Of a DNA stretch of 40,438 bases, positions 1 to 6,906 are shown in pieces. This DNA is from a virus. Location: the IMG/VR virus record IMGVR_UViG_3300045988_169891, positions 1 through 40,438 of that record; one strand, given 5' to 3'. The first letter of the stretch is position 1, and every line of letters begins with the position of its first letter. Made by a program: the position numbers and the translations under genes. Below the pieces are notes generated by a model. The model saw only the letters and a list, made by a program, of their open reading frames with translations. It ran no database searches and had not been told where the DNA came from.

Positions 1-119
1 CATCATCGAACACTTCCTCAGAACCCTGTAAGGAAGTATCGTGTACCTCGTGGAGGTGGTGATGCCGGGTCGATGGCGACGTGACCGCGAAGATCATGGA
101 CCGCGCGACCGGTGCTGGA
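1..119. repeat. Terminal overlap: bases 1-119 are identical to 40320-40438, indicating circular closure or terminal redundancy
   Basis: Direct comparison of the first and last lines of the window. Each copy carries the last 31 nt of the 38479-40350 ORF and the start of the 62-226 ORF. Confidence 0.95.
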
Positions 120-226
120 AGATCGACGCGTACGGGAGAATCGCCATCGACCACGGCGCCATCCGGAGCAACGAGGGATGGATCCAGCTCACGGGCAGCG
201 TCCCACTCGACGAACCCGACCGATAG
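62..226 (+). CDS. hypothetical small protein (54 aa)
   Basis: ATG at 62 follows a GGAGGTGGTG Shine-Dalgarno. It lies in the frame of track ORF 41..226. No recognisable motif. Confidence 0.4.
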   Translation: MPGRWRRDREDHGPRDRCWKIDAYGRIAIDHGAIRSNEGWIQLTGSVPLDEPDR

Positions 227-241
227 GCGGGGCGCGTCCCG

Positions 242-1141
242 TCACACGGCGTTCTGGTACCGGCCCCACAGGTAAGGTCTCGACGCGTTCCTTCCCGTGA
301 CCGTCGGGAGGACGAGGGTGATTCTCCCGGTCAGGTCCCAGCCCATGCGGGACATGGGCGTGATGTCGCCCGCGCGGTCGGGCAGATAGGTGCTGGATAC
401 CGTGTCGTAGAGCACGAAACCGAACGGCGGCATGCGGATGAACGCCATGTCGCAGAACGTCCCGTCGTCGAACAGGACCCGCATCCACCCGGAGAACACG
501 CTCTCCCCGTCAAGCTTCGGAAGGACGGCCATGTGCAGACGGTAGCGTGCCGGCAACGAAGTGTTCCCCCGGTCGAGCAGGAAGTCCCTGCAGTCGAGCA
601 TGCTGCCCGGCGCCGTCGTGGCGCAGAAGTTCGACACCACCTGCTTGACGAACGCCAGGGGACGGAACCCCTCGTTCAGATCGAACCGGCAGTACCGCTC
701 CACACCGTCGGTCTCGGACTCGTTCCGGTCACGGTCGAGCCCGTCGAGGATGTCGCCGGATTCATGGGCGAAATCCAGGTACAGGCCTTTGAACGTTTCC
801 ACGTAGTTGGCGCCGAGATACTCGTTGCAGTCCTCGCACAGCGTCTTGAACGTCATCCCGTGTGACTGCCTGTATCCGTCGTCGTCCCGGACCTCCATGT
901 CGAACAACGAGTGCATCACCGCCTCATCCCCGCGGTGCACGACCACCACATGGTCGTTGCCCGTGGACCGGGGAGGGATGTGCTCGAGCGTCAGCGGTTT
1001 GTGTTCGCCGCAAATCCTGCAGAACCTGTTGCCCATACCCCGAGCATATACGTCGAAAGGACAGCCTATGAATCCGCCAGCCGGTACCCCGTTGTGGGCG
1101 GTGATCCTGATCGCGGTGGTGCCGAGTCTGGCCACGGTCAT
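242..1141 (-). CDS. HNH-type zinc-finger nuclease-domain protein (HNH_5-like arrangement), reverse-oriented accessory gene
   Basis: The N-terminal part reads CRIC-GEHKPLT-LEHIPP ... CEDCN (CxxC, EH-I-P, CxxCN), as in HNH nucleases. The long C-terminal region has no motif I recognise. The start may be Met36 (coordinate 1036), which removes the antisense overlap with 1068..1400. Confidence 0.7.
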   Translation of the reverse strand: MTVARLGTTAIRITAHNGVPAGGFIGCPFDVYARGMGNRFCRICGEHKPLTLEHIPPRSTGNDHVVVVHRGDEAVMHSLFDMEVRDDDGYRQSHGMTFKTLCEDCNEYLGANYVETFKGLYLDFAHESGDILDGLDRDRNESETDGVERYCRFDLNEGFRPLAFVKQVVSNFCATTAPGSMLDCRDFLLDRGNTSLPARYRLHMAVLPKLDGESVFSGWMRVLFDDGTFCDMAFIRMPPFGFVLYDTVSSTYLPDRAGDITPMSRMGWDLTGRITLVLPTVTGRNASRPYLWGRYQNAV

Positions 1142-1400
1142 AGTGGCGGTGATCCAGTCCCGTCAGATCCGCGGTCTACGCGACCAACAGTCGGCCACGA
1201 AGTGGGAGATCACGAACGACCATCAGGCGCCGTTGCGCGTGGACATGGACGAGAAGCACGAGAAGGTCATGGACGCGATCGACGGGCTGCGTGACGCCAT
1301 GAACTGCGAGTTCAAGACGGTGAACGAACGCGTCGCCAACGCCGAACGCGAGCACCTGGAGCTGCGCGAGGACATCCGCGAACTGAGGAGGCATCGATGA
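1068..1400 (+). CDS. membrane protein: N-terminal TM helix plus charged coiled-coil tail; first gene of the lysis region
   Basis: Internal ATG of track ORF 807..1400, preceded by AAAGGA. The TM segment is LWAVILIAVVPSLATVIVAVI, followed by a heptad-like E/R/K-rich tail. Confidence 0.7.
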   Translation: MNPPAGTPLWAVILIAVVPSLATVIVAVIQSRQIRGLRDQQSATKWEITNDHQAPLRVDMDEKHEKVMDAIDGLRDAMNCEFKTVNERVANAEREHLELREDIRELRRHR

Positions 1401-1471
1401 TCGTCATCGTGATGATAGTCGCCGTAACCGTCGTGTGGCTGTTCGTGCGCGGCGGCGACGACCGCTGGTAA
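1397..1471 (+). CDS. 24-aa hydrophobic peptide (MIVIVMIVAVTVVWLFVRGGDDRW)
   Basis: ATGA overlap with the stop of 1068..1400. A GAGGAGG Shine-Dalgarno sits 6 nt upstream. Too short for the ORF track. Confidence 0.45.
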   Translation: MIVIVMIVAVTVVWLFVRGGDDRW

Positions 1472-1493
1472 CAGCCAGCCAATCAGAAATTCC

Positions 1494-1519
1494 GCCCCGC
1501 CCGATCGGGTGGGGCTTTT
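1494..1519 (+). terminator. Rho-independent terminator-like hairpin
   Basis: GCCCCGCCC-GATC-GGGTGGGGC (9-bp stem including one G-T pair), followed by TTTT. Confidence 0.6.
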
Positions 1520-1547
1520 CCATATCCATCAACAGTAAGGAGAGGAA

Positions 1548-2786
1548 TTGGACATCAAGAACAAGAGCAAGCCGAGCCTGGTAATGCGGATCCTCGCGGT
1601 CGTCGTCGCCGTGCTGCTCGCGTGCACGCCGGCGATCGCGATGGCCGACATGGTCGGCATCGACGTGTCCGGCTGGCAGGCCTCGAACGTGACCTGCACC
1701 GCCAGCTACGACTTCGCCGTCGTCAAGGTCAGTCAGGGCGTCGGCTTCGAGAACGGGAGCTGGCGCGCCCAGGCCAAGTGTGTGACAGACCGGGGCAAGA
1801 GCCTCGGCCTGTACCACTACGCCGGCGGCAACAACGCCGAGGCCGAGGCCGACTACTTCGTCGGCCGGGCGAGGGACTACATCGGCAGGGCCGTGCTCGT
1901 GCTCGACTGGGAGTCCTATCAGAACGCCCAGTGGGGCAATTCCGACTGGGTTCGCCGGTTCGTCCAGCGCGTCCACACGTTCACCGGCGTATGGCCGATG
2001 GTGTACGTGCAGGCCAGCGCGCTGGGCCAGATACCCGGCGACGTGCGCGCCAACTGCGGCCTGTGGGTCGCCCAGTACGCCAGCAACGCGCCCACCGGCT
2101 ACCAGAGCCGACCGTGGAACTACTCGATCTACGGCGAGGCCATGCGCCAGTACACCTCCAACGGCTGGGTCAACGGCTACAACGGGCCGCTCGACCTCAA
2201 CTACTTCCGAGGCGACGCAAGCCAGTGGCAGGCCTACGCCAACCCCGCCGGCGCAGCCAAGCCCGCACCCCCGCCGCAGACCGAGAAGCCGCCGACCCAG
2301 ACCATCGACCTACAGGCACTCGCGACCGCCACCATCCGTGGCGACTACGGCAACGGCCAGCAGCGGCGCGACGCGCTCGGCGCGAACTACGACAAGGTCA
2401 TGGCGATCGTCAACCAACGCCTCGCCGGCACCGCGACCGTAGCGCCGCAGCAGGCCGCGCAGGCCAACACGACCCGCGTGGCCGTCCGCTCCGGCGACAC
2501 CATGAGCGGCATCGCCTCGCGCACCGGCCTGTGGCCGCTGTCCAAGTGGAGCGTGCCCAGCGGCAACCTCAACCTGATCTACCCCGGTCAGGTCGTCACC
2601 TACAACGGCGGCGGCAGCGTCGCCACCGGCAGCAACGCGCCGCCGGCAACCCGTACCGTGACCGTGCGCAGCGGCGACACCCTCAGCGGCATCGCCGCCC
2701 GCCTCGGCATCGGCTACACGCAGCTCACCGGCTATCGCAGCGGCAACCCCAACGTGATCTACCCCGGCGAAGTGCTGCACTACTGA
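1548..2786 (+). CDS. endolysin 1: signal peptide + GH25 muramidase + Cpl-7-like repeat + two LysM domains
   Basis: TTG start after AAGGAGAGG. The N-terminus is hydrophobic with an AIA-MA cleavage-like site. GH25-like motifs are GIDVSGWQ, FAVVKVSQG, GLYHY and LDLNYF. IRGDYGNGQQRRDALG...VNQRL resembles a Cpl-7 (CW_7) repeat. There are two LysM-like blocks (SGDT[ML]SGIA ... IYPG[QE]V). Confidence 0.9.
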   Translation: MDIKNKSKPSLVMRILAVVVAVLLACTPAIAMADMVGIDVSGWQASNVTCTASYDFAVVKVSQGVGFENGSWRAQAKCVTDRGKSLGLYHYAGGNNAEAEADYFVGRARDYIGRAVLVLDWESYQNAQWGNSDWVRRFVQRVHTFTGVWPMVYVQASALGQIPGDVRANCGLWVAQYASNAPTGYQSRPWNYSIYGEAMRQYTSNGWVNGYNGPLDLNYFRGDASQWQAYANPAGAAKPAPPPQTEKPPTQTIDLQALATATIRGDYGNGQQRRDALGANYDKVMAIVNQRLAGTATVAPQQAAQANTTRVAVRSGDTMSGIASRTGLWPLSKWSVPSGNLNLIYPGQVVTYNGGGSVATGSNAPPATRTVTVRSGDTLSGIAARLGIGYTQLTGYRSGNPNVIYPGEVLHY

Positions 2787-2808
2787 ACTACTGAGAACCC
2801 GAACCCAA

Positions 2809-2847
2809 CCTGGGAACCCCGCACCTTAGCCGGGCGGGGTTCCCAGG
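2809..2847 (+). terminator. strong intercistronic hairpin (14-bp perfect stem) between lysin 1 and holin-like gene 1
   Basis: CCTGGGAACCCCGC (2809-2822) pairs with GCGGGGTTCCCAGG (2834-2847). There is no clear T tract, so it may attenuate or stabilise rather than terminate fully. Confidence 0.45.
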
Positions 2848-2872
2848 TTCCAACTGCAGAATCGAGGACAAT

Positions 2873-3139
2873 ATGACCGACGAAAACACCGAACCCAAGA
2901 CCGCCGGCACGGAGCCGACCGCGCCCGATTGGCTGCTGCCGAACCGAGCCTATGACGTGCTCAAATGGCTCGCGCTGATCGTGCTGCCGGCCATCGGCGT
3001 GCTCGTGCAGACCCTCGGCCCCGTATGGGGCTGGACGTGGGCCGATCAGGCCGCGACGACCATCAACGCCGTCGCCCTGGCCATCGGCGTCGTCATCGGC
3101 GCAAGCACCCTCAAGGCCAAGGCATCCAAAACCGAATAA
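2873..3139 (+). CDS. holin-like membrane protein 1 (resembles Dp-1-type phage holins)
   Basis: 88 aa with two TM segments (WLALIVLPAIGVLVQTLGPVW and AVALAIGVVIGA), directly downstream of a lysin. It is a paralogue of 4698..4976. Confidence 0.75.
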   Translation: MTDENTEPKTAGTEPTAPDWLLPNRAYDVLKWLALIVLPAIGVLVQTLGPVWGWTWADQAATTINAVALAIGVVIGASTLKAKASKTE

Positions 3140-3149
3140 CCATAAAAAC

Positions 3150-3194
3150 ACCGCCCCTCCATCCGGCATAACGCTGGACGGAGGGGCGGTTTTC
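3150..3194 (+). terminator. Rho-independent terminator
   Basis: ACCGCCCCTCCATCC (3150-3164) pairs with GGACGGAGGGGCGGT (3176-3190) with one mismatch, followed by TTTTCACGTTTT. Confidence 0.7.
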
Positions 3195-3230
3195 ACGTTT
3201 TGGGAGTAGCTTTCCGAGGCTCATTTTTTT

Positions 3231-3292
3231 GCCCACATTTTGCCCACATTTTTCGTAAAAACAGGTTAAAAACCGTTAAAACCGGTTAAAAC
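3231..3292. repeat. AT-rich spacer with tandem repeats: GCCCACATTTT x2 and GTTAAAA x3 at 10-bp period
   Basis: GCCCACATTTT occurs at 3231-3241 and 3242-3252. GTTAAAA occurs at 3265-3271, 3275-3281 and 3285-3291. The local GC is far below the rest of the genome. Confidence 0.8.
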
Positions 3293-3417
3293 GAGAAAAG
3301 CCGCTCAGCCCTACTCCCGCAAGGCAAAGCGGCCATTTTCCAACCCACTCTCAGCTCAGCGCGTCCTTCAACAGGGGCAAGCCCCGCCACGCGAAGCCGC
3401 GCCGCCGACTGGCGGCC

Positions 3418-4638
3418 ATGCTGGCCGCGGTTCTGACGGCGATGGCCCTGGTGTTCGCGCAGGGCGTCGCGTTCGCGGATAGCGGCATGGACGTCAGCAA
3501 ATGGCAGGGCTGCGTCGGCAGCGGCCAGGCCGCGACCGCCAAAGCGTCCGGCGTCAACTTCGGGTTCGTGAAGGTCACGGAAGGCAACGGGTACACCGAT
3601 TCGGTAGCCGACTGCACCATGCAGTCGTTGAAGGCCAACGGCATCCGTCGCGGCGTCTACCATTTCGCCCGCCCCGACCTGGGCAATAGTCCCGAGGCGG
3701 AGGCCGACTGGTTCGTCAGCCAGACGCGCGGCTACATGCATGACGGGGTGATTCCCGTGTTGGACTGGGAGCCGTCCGGCTCCTACAAGACGTGGAGCTG
3801 GTGGGCGTTGCGCTGGCTCCAGCGCGTCGAGGCCGCATGGGGCGTCAAGCCGATGATCTACACGAGCGCCAGCGTCATCCAGATGACCGACTGGACGAGC
3901 GTGGCCAACGGCAACTACGGCCTGTGGGTCGCCGGCTACCCGCGTGGCTACGCCGGCGAGACCCTGCGGGACCCGGGGGCCGTGCCCTACAGCGTCTCGC
4001 CCTGGCCGTTCGCCGCCGCGTGGCAGTACTCCAGCTCCGGCAACGTGCCCGGCATCGGATCGAGAATCGACGTCAACTGGTTCTACGGCGACGCCGGCAC
4101 CTGGGCCCGCTACGCTGACAGCAAGGCCGGAAGCGCCGCGAACCCCGCCACCCCGAGCCCGACCCCGCAGCAGGGAGCCCCCGTCGGCGACGCGCAGTCG
4201 CTGGCCACCGCAGTGATCCGCGGCGACTATGGCAACGACCCGACCCGCCGCCAGCTGCTCGGCAACCGGTACGCGGAGGTCATGGCCATCGTCAACCAGA
4301 GGCTGCGCGGCAACGGCGGCACCGGAAACGGCAGCGGATACTGGGTCGTGCAGCGAGGCGAATACCTCCGTCTCATCGGCTCCAGAACCGGAGTGCCGTG
4401 GACGACCATCGCCGCGCTCAACGGCATCCGAAGCCCCTACGTCATCTACCCGGGCCAGAAGCTCAGCCTCGGCGGCGCCAACGGCAACAGCGCGGCGAAC
4501 ACAGGCCGCCGATCCATCGTGATCACCGCGGGCGACTGCCTGTGGAACCACTTCGGAGCCGACAGTGCCCGCGTGGCCGCCGCCAATGGCATCAGCAACC
4601 CCAACCTGGTGCGAGCCGGCACCGTCATCCACTACTGA
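3418..4638 (+). CDS. endolysin 2: signal peptide + GH25 muramidase + Cpl-7-like repeat + two LysM-like domains (paralogue of 1548..2786)
   Basis: Same motif order as lysin 1: GMDVSKWQG, FGFVKVTEG, GVYHF, IDVNWF; IRGDYGNDPTRRQLLG...VNQRL; then two LysM-like blocks ending IYPGQK and VRAGTV. The frame is open back to 3280 with a basic stretch (KPRRRLAA) but no ATG/GTG/TTG, so the start is uncertain. Confidence 0.9.
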   Translation: MLAAVLTAMALVFAQGVAFADSGMDVSKWQGCVGSGQAATAKASGVNFGFVKVTEGNGYTDSVADCTMQSLKANGIRRGVYHFARPDLGNSPEAEADWFVSQTRGYMHDGVIPVLDWEPSGSYKTWSWWALRWLQRVEAAWGVKPMIYTSASVIQMTDWTSVANGNYGLWVAGYPRGYAGETLRDPGAVPYSVSPWPFAAAWQYSSSGNVPGIGSRIDVNWFYGDAGTWARYADSKAGSAANPATPSPTPQQGAPVGDAQSLATAVIRGDYGNDPTRRQLLGNRYAEVMAIVNQRLRGNGGTGNGSGYWVVQRGEYLRLIGSRTGVPWTTIAALNGIRSPYVIYPGQKLSLGGANGNSAANTGRRSIVITAGDCLWNHFGADSARVAAANGISNPNLVRAGTVIHY

Positions 4639-4697
4639 ACCTGGCAGGGCCGCGAATCCGATCGCGGCCCTCACTCCCGACAAAGGAAGGAATAATA

Positions 4698-4976
4698 ATG
4701 TCCGACGAAAACGAGCTCAAGAATATCGCCAAACTCACAGCCGGAGACGACCCCGCAGTCCCTGCATGGCTCATCCCCGACAAGCTGTACGACATTTTGA
4801 AATGGCTCACCGCACTCGTGTTCCCGGCCCTTGCCCTTTTCGTGGGCACGGTCGGCCCGGCGTGGGGATTACCTTACGTCGATGCCATCGTCACCACGCT
4901 CAATGCACTCGGGGTACTCGCTGGTGCCATCATCGGAGCCAGCACACTCAAAGCCAAGTTCACTCTCGCGGCATGA
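4698..4976 (+). CDS. holin-like membrane protein 2 (paralogue of 2873..3139)
   Basis: Internal ATG of track ORF 4398..4976, preceded by AAAGGAAGGAATAATA. About half its residues match holin-like 1 (for example YD[VI]LKWL, GASTLKAK). Two TM segments. Confidence 0.75.
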   Translation: MSDENELKNIAKLTAGDDPAVPAWLIPDKLYDILKWLTALVFPALALFVGTVGPAWGLPYVDAIVTTLNALGVLAGAIIGASTLKAKFTLAA

Positions 4977-5019
4977 GCTATATTTTCGGGCGATAGATTG
5001 GCTGCAAAGTACCGTGAAT

Positions 5020-5061
5020 AATTCGGCCTTGCCTGGTCTGCGGACTGGGCAAGGCCGAATT
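5020..5061 (+). terminator. terminator-like hairpin (14-bp perfect stem)
   Basis: AATTCGGCCTTGCC (5020-5033) pairs with GGCAAGGCCGAATT (5048-5061), followed by TCGCGTATCATT. Confidence 0.55.
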
Positions 5062-5161
5062 TCGCGTATCATTAATCAAACCAGATTTTGCAGGTCGGCG
5101 TTTTATTGATATCTTGGCCGTAAGAACTCCTCACATGAGGGGTTTGGAAAAAGACAATCCG

Positions 5162-5183
5162 GTAGCATGACCATAGCATGACT
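5162..5183 (+). repeat. attP left arm: two direct copies of TAGCATGAC (putative integrase arm-type sites)
   Basis: TAGCATGAC occurs at 5163-5171 and 5174-5182, in the same orientation as the three copies at 5406-5449. Confidence 0.6.
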
Positions 5184-5237
5184 TCGGCTGGCTGGAGATG
5201 CGACAAGGCTTGTGGTGCAAGGCGTGGAAGCGTTCGC

Positions 5238-5290
5238 GTAATCAGTCTTCCAAACTGATTACGCGGGTTCGATTCCCGTCATCCGCTCCA
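5238..5290 (+). other. attP core candidate: 3' portion of a tRNA (Gly-UCC-like), not a complete tRNA gene
   Basis: T arm GCGGG-TTCGATT-CCCGT, acceptor 3' strand CATCCGC, discriminator T and CCA lie at 5263-5290. The preceding hairpin TCAGT-CTTCCAA-ACTGA would place UCC in the anticodon position. No complementary 5' acceptor strand (GCGGATG) or D arm is present upstream. Confidence 0.7.
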
Positions 5291-5296
5291 CTGACA

Positions 5297-5336
5297 AAGG
5301 CCGGAAACCCAAGGAATCTCAAGGGTTTCCGGCCTT
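5297..5336 (+). terminator. hairpin immediately 3' of the tRNA fragment (14-bp perfect stem)
   Basis: AAGGCCGGAAACCC (5297-5310) pairs with GGGTTTCCGGCCTT (5323-5336). It would serve as the terminator of the tRNA reconstituted at attL. Confidence 0.5.
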
Positions 5337-5404
5337 CCGCATATTCGGGTGCCGAATCATCGAGATTGCAAGATTTGGGCCAAACGTGCCTGATTGTGAC
5401 CTCG

Positions 5405-5450
5405 ATAGCATGACCTATAGCATGACCTCCAGCTGCCACATAGCATGACC
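5405..5450 (+). repeat. attP right arm: three direct copies of ATAGCATGACC (putative integrase arm-type sites)
   Basis: TAGCATGAC occurs at 5406-5414, 5418-5426 and 5441-5449, directly upstream of the integrase start. Confidence 0.6.
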
Positions 5451-5461
5451 AAGGAAGAGGC

Positions 5462-6703
5462 ATGATGCCCGAACAAAACAAAACGACGACGCCCAAAACA
5501 CCACCACGCAGACCGCGAGGAAGCGGCAGCGAATGGCAAGACAAACGCGGAACATGGCACGCGCGCAAAGAGATCGCACCAAACCCGCGCACCGGCAAAC
5601 GCCGCATGGTCGAGGCACAGGCCCCCACCAAGACCGCCGCCCGGCAACGGCTCCAAGAAAAAATCAAAAGACTGCAGCGCGAGGGCGATATGCCTCTGCC
5701 CGGAACCCCAACGCTCGGCGAATGGATGGACCGATGGCTCAACACCATAGCGCCCAACGTCAAACCCCGCACCCTCGAAACCTACCGATCCGACTGCAAC
5801 ACCATCCGCAGCGTCATCGGCGGAATGCGACTCGACAGAATAACCCCCGCCACCATCGACGGAATGTGCGCCAAACTCGCCAAGGAACACCGAAGCAAAA
5901 CCGTCCACAACCACTATCTCAGACTTAAGCAGGTACTCGACGCAGCGGTCCGCGAACGCCTCATCCCATCGAACCCGGCGCTCGCTGCAATACCGCCGCG
6001 CTACGAGTCGCAGGCCACCCAAATCCTCGAACCCGGACAGCCGGCCCAGGCGGCGCAGGCCGCACTCGACCCCAAGCGTCGCAAATACAGCCACCTGGCA
6101 GATACCGACGACGACCGCGAAATGTGGAGCCTCATGTGGAACATCATGTTCGAGACCGGCATGAGAGAGGCCGAAAGATTCGCCATCCTGCCCGAAGAGC
6201 TCGCCACCGTCGACGGTGTGCACGGAATCCAGATCATGTGGGAGCTCCAACGCTTCAGATCCGATGCAGAAGTGCCCAACTGGCTCCGCTCCCGCCATTA
6301 CGAGGGATGCTTCTGGCTCGTCGAACCGAAAAGCAAGCAGGGCAACCGGTTCGTGCCCGTCAGCAACCAGACGTGGCTCGGACTCTGGGCGCTCGTCGGA
6401 CGCAGGCAATGCCAGCCCGGCCAGCTCATATTCACGCGCGAGGGACACCCGCTCACCAACACCGTGGAACGCCGCCGCTGGAAACGCTCTCTCGAAGACG
6501 CCGGATTGCCCTACGTCACCATCCGAAGCGCCCGCCACTTCTTCTCCACGCACCTCGCCGAAGCCGGAGCCCCGGAAGACGCGAGAAAAGCGATGATGGG
6601 CCACGCAAAAATCAGCACGACGGCCGGATACACCCACTGGTCCGCCGCAAGCCTTGCGGCGCTCGCCGACAAGGCTCGTCAGGCGGTGGGGGAATCGGCC
6701 TGA
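5462..6703 (+). CDS. int: tyrosine integrase (phage integrase family)
   Basis: 413 aa. The C-terminal catalytic signature is RSARHFFSTHL ... MGHAKISTTAGYTHW (R, HxxR, H, Y). There is an N-terminal basic arm-binding-like region. AAGGAAGAGG Shine-Dalgarno. It is adjacent to the tRNA fragment. Confidence 0.95.
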   Translation: MMPEQNKTTTPKTPPRRPRGSGSEWQDKRGTWHARKEIAPNPRTGKRRMVEAQAPTKTAARQRLQEKIKRLQREGDMPLPGTPTLGEWMDRWLNTIAPNVKPRTLETYRSDCNTIRSVIGGMRLDRITPATIDGMCAKLAKEHRSKTVHNHYLRLKQVLDAAVRERLIPSNPALAAIPPRYESQATQILEPGQPAQAAQAALDPKRRKYSHLADTDDDREMWSLMWNIMFETGMREAERFAILPEELATVDGVHGIQIMWELQRFRSDAEVPNWLRSRHYEGCFWLVEPKSKQGNRFVPVSNQTWLGLWALVGRRQCQPGQLIFTREGHPLTNTVERRRWKRSLEDAGLPYVTIRSARHFFSTHLAEAGAPEDARKAMMGHAKISTTAGYTHWSAASLAALADKARQAVGESA

Positions 6704-6906
6704 TTGCGATTCTTGCGCGGCCTTCCGCCGCCCGCACCACGACCGGGGCGGGCGGCGTTCCACGCATCGATTGTCTCCGGAAGCCAGCCGCGAGTCGTGC
6801 CGATCAGCGCGTCCGGTTCCGGCAGATGATACCCCCTCGCGGCCGGATTGCTCGTGCCGATGCGCTCGCCGACCTCCTTGAGGCTGAGATATCTTGCGGT
6901 GCTCAT
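6679..6906 (-). CDS. excisionase-like / MerR-type HTH DNA-binding protein (75 aa)
   Basis: Internal Met of track ORF 6679..7059, preceded by GGGAGG. YLSLKEVGERIG ... GWLPETIDAW resembles excisionase-family HTH. It is convergent with int and overlaps it by 25 nt. The upstream part of the track ORF is Arg/His-rich and looks non-coding. Confidence 0.7.
   Translation of the reverse strand: MSTARYLSLKEVGERIGTSNPAARGYHLPEPDALIGTTRGWLPETIDAWNAARPGRGAGGGRPRKNRNQADSPTA

Noticed and set aside
807-1067. N-terminal extension of the 1068-1400 gene to the track start at 807.
   Set aside because: The extension is antisense to the HNH-like gene and translates to Ser/Cys/Pro-rich sequence. ATG 1068 has an AAAGGA site and starts directly with the TM helix.
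3286-4683. Long antisense or alternative-frame ORFs in the track. Examples are 3286..4683(-), 5357..7009(-), 24512..26005(-), 26466..27968(-), 31261..32250(-), 33393..34769(-), 37249..38424(-), 22980..24761(+), 25210..26670(+) and 34608..35729(+).
   Set aside because: Their translations are Arg/Gly/Ala/Pro/His-rich, low-complexity sequence with no motifs. They overlap ORFs with clear phage protein signatures. Such shadow ORFs are expected in high-GC DNA.
5194-5290. Possible complete tRNA gene (tRNA-Gly UCC) next to the integrase.
   Set aside because: The T arm, 3' acceptor strand and CCA are present. However, no 5' acceptor strand complementary to CATCCGC and no D arm can be folded from the upstream sequence. 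It is better explained as the tRNA-derived attP core.
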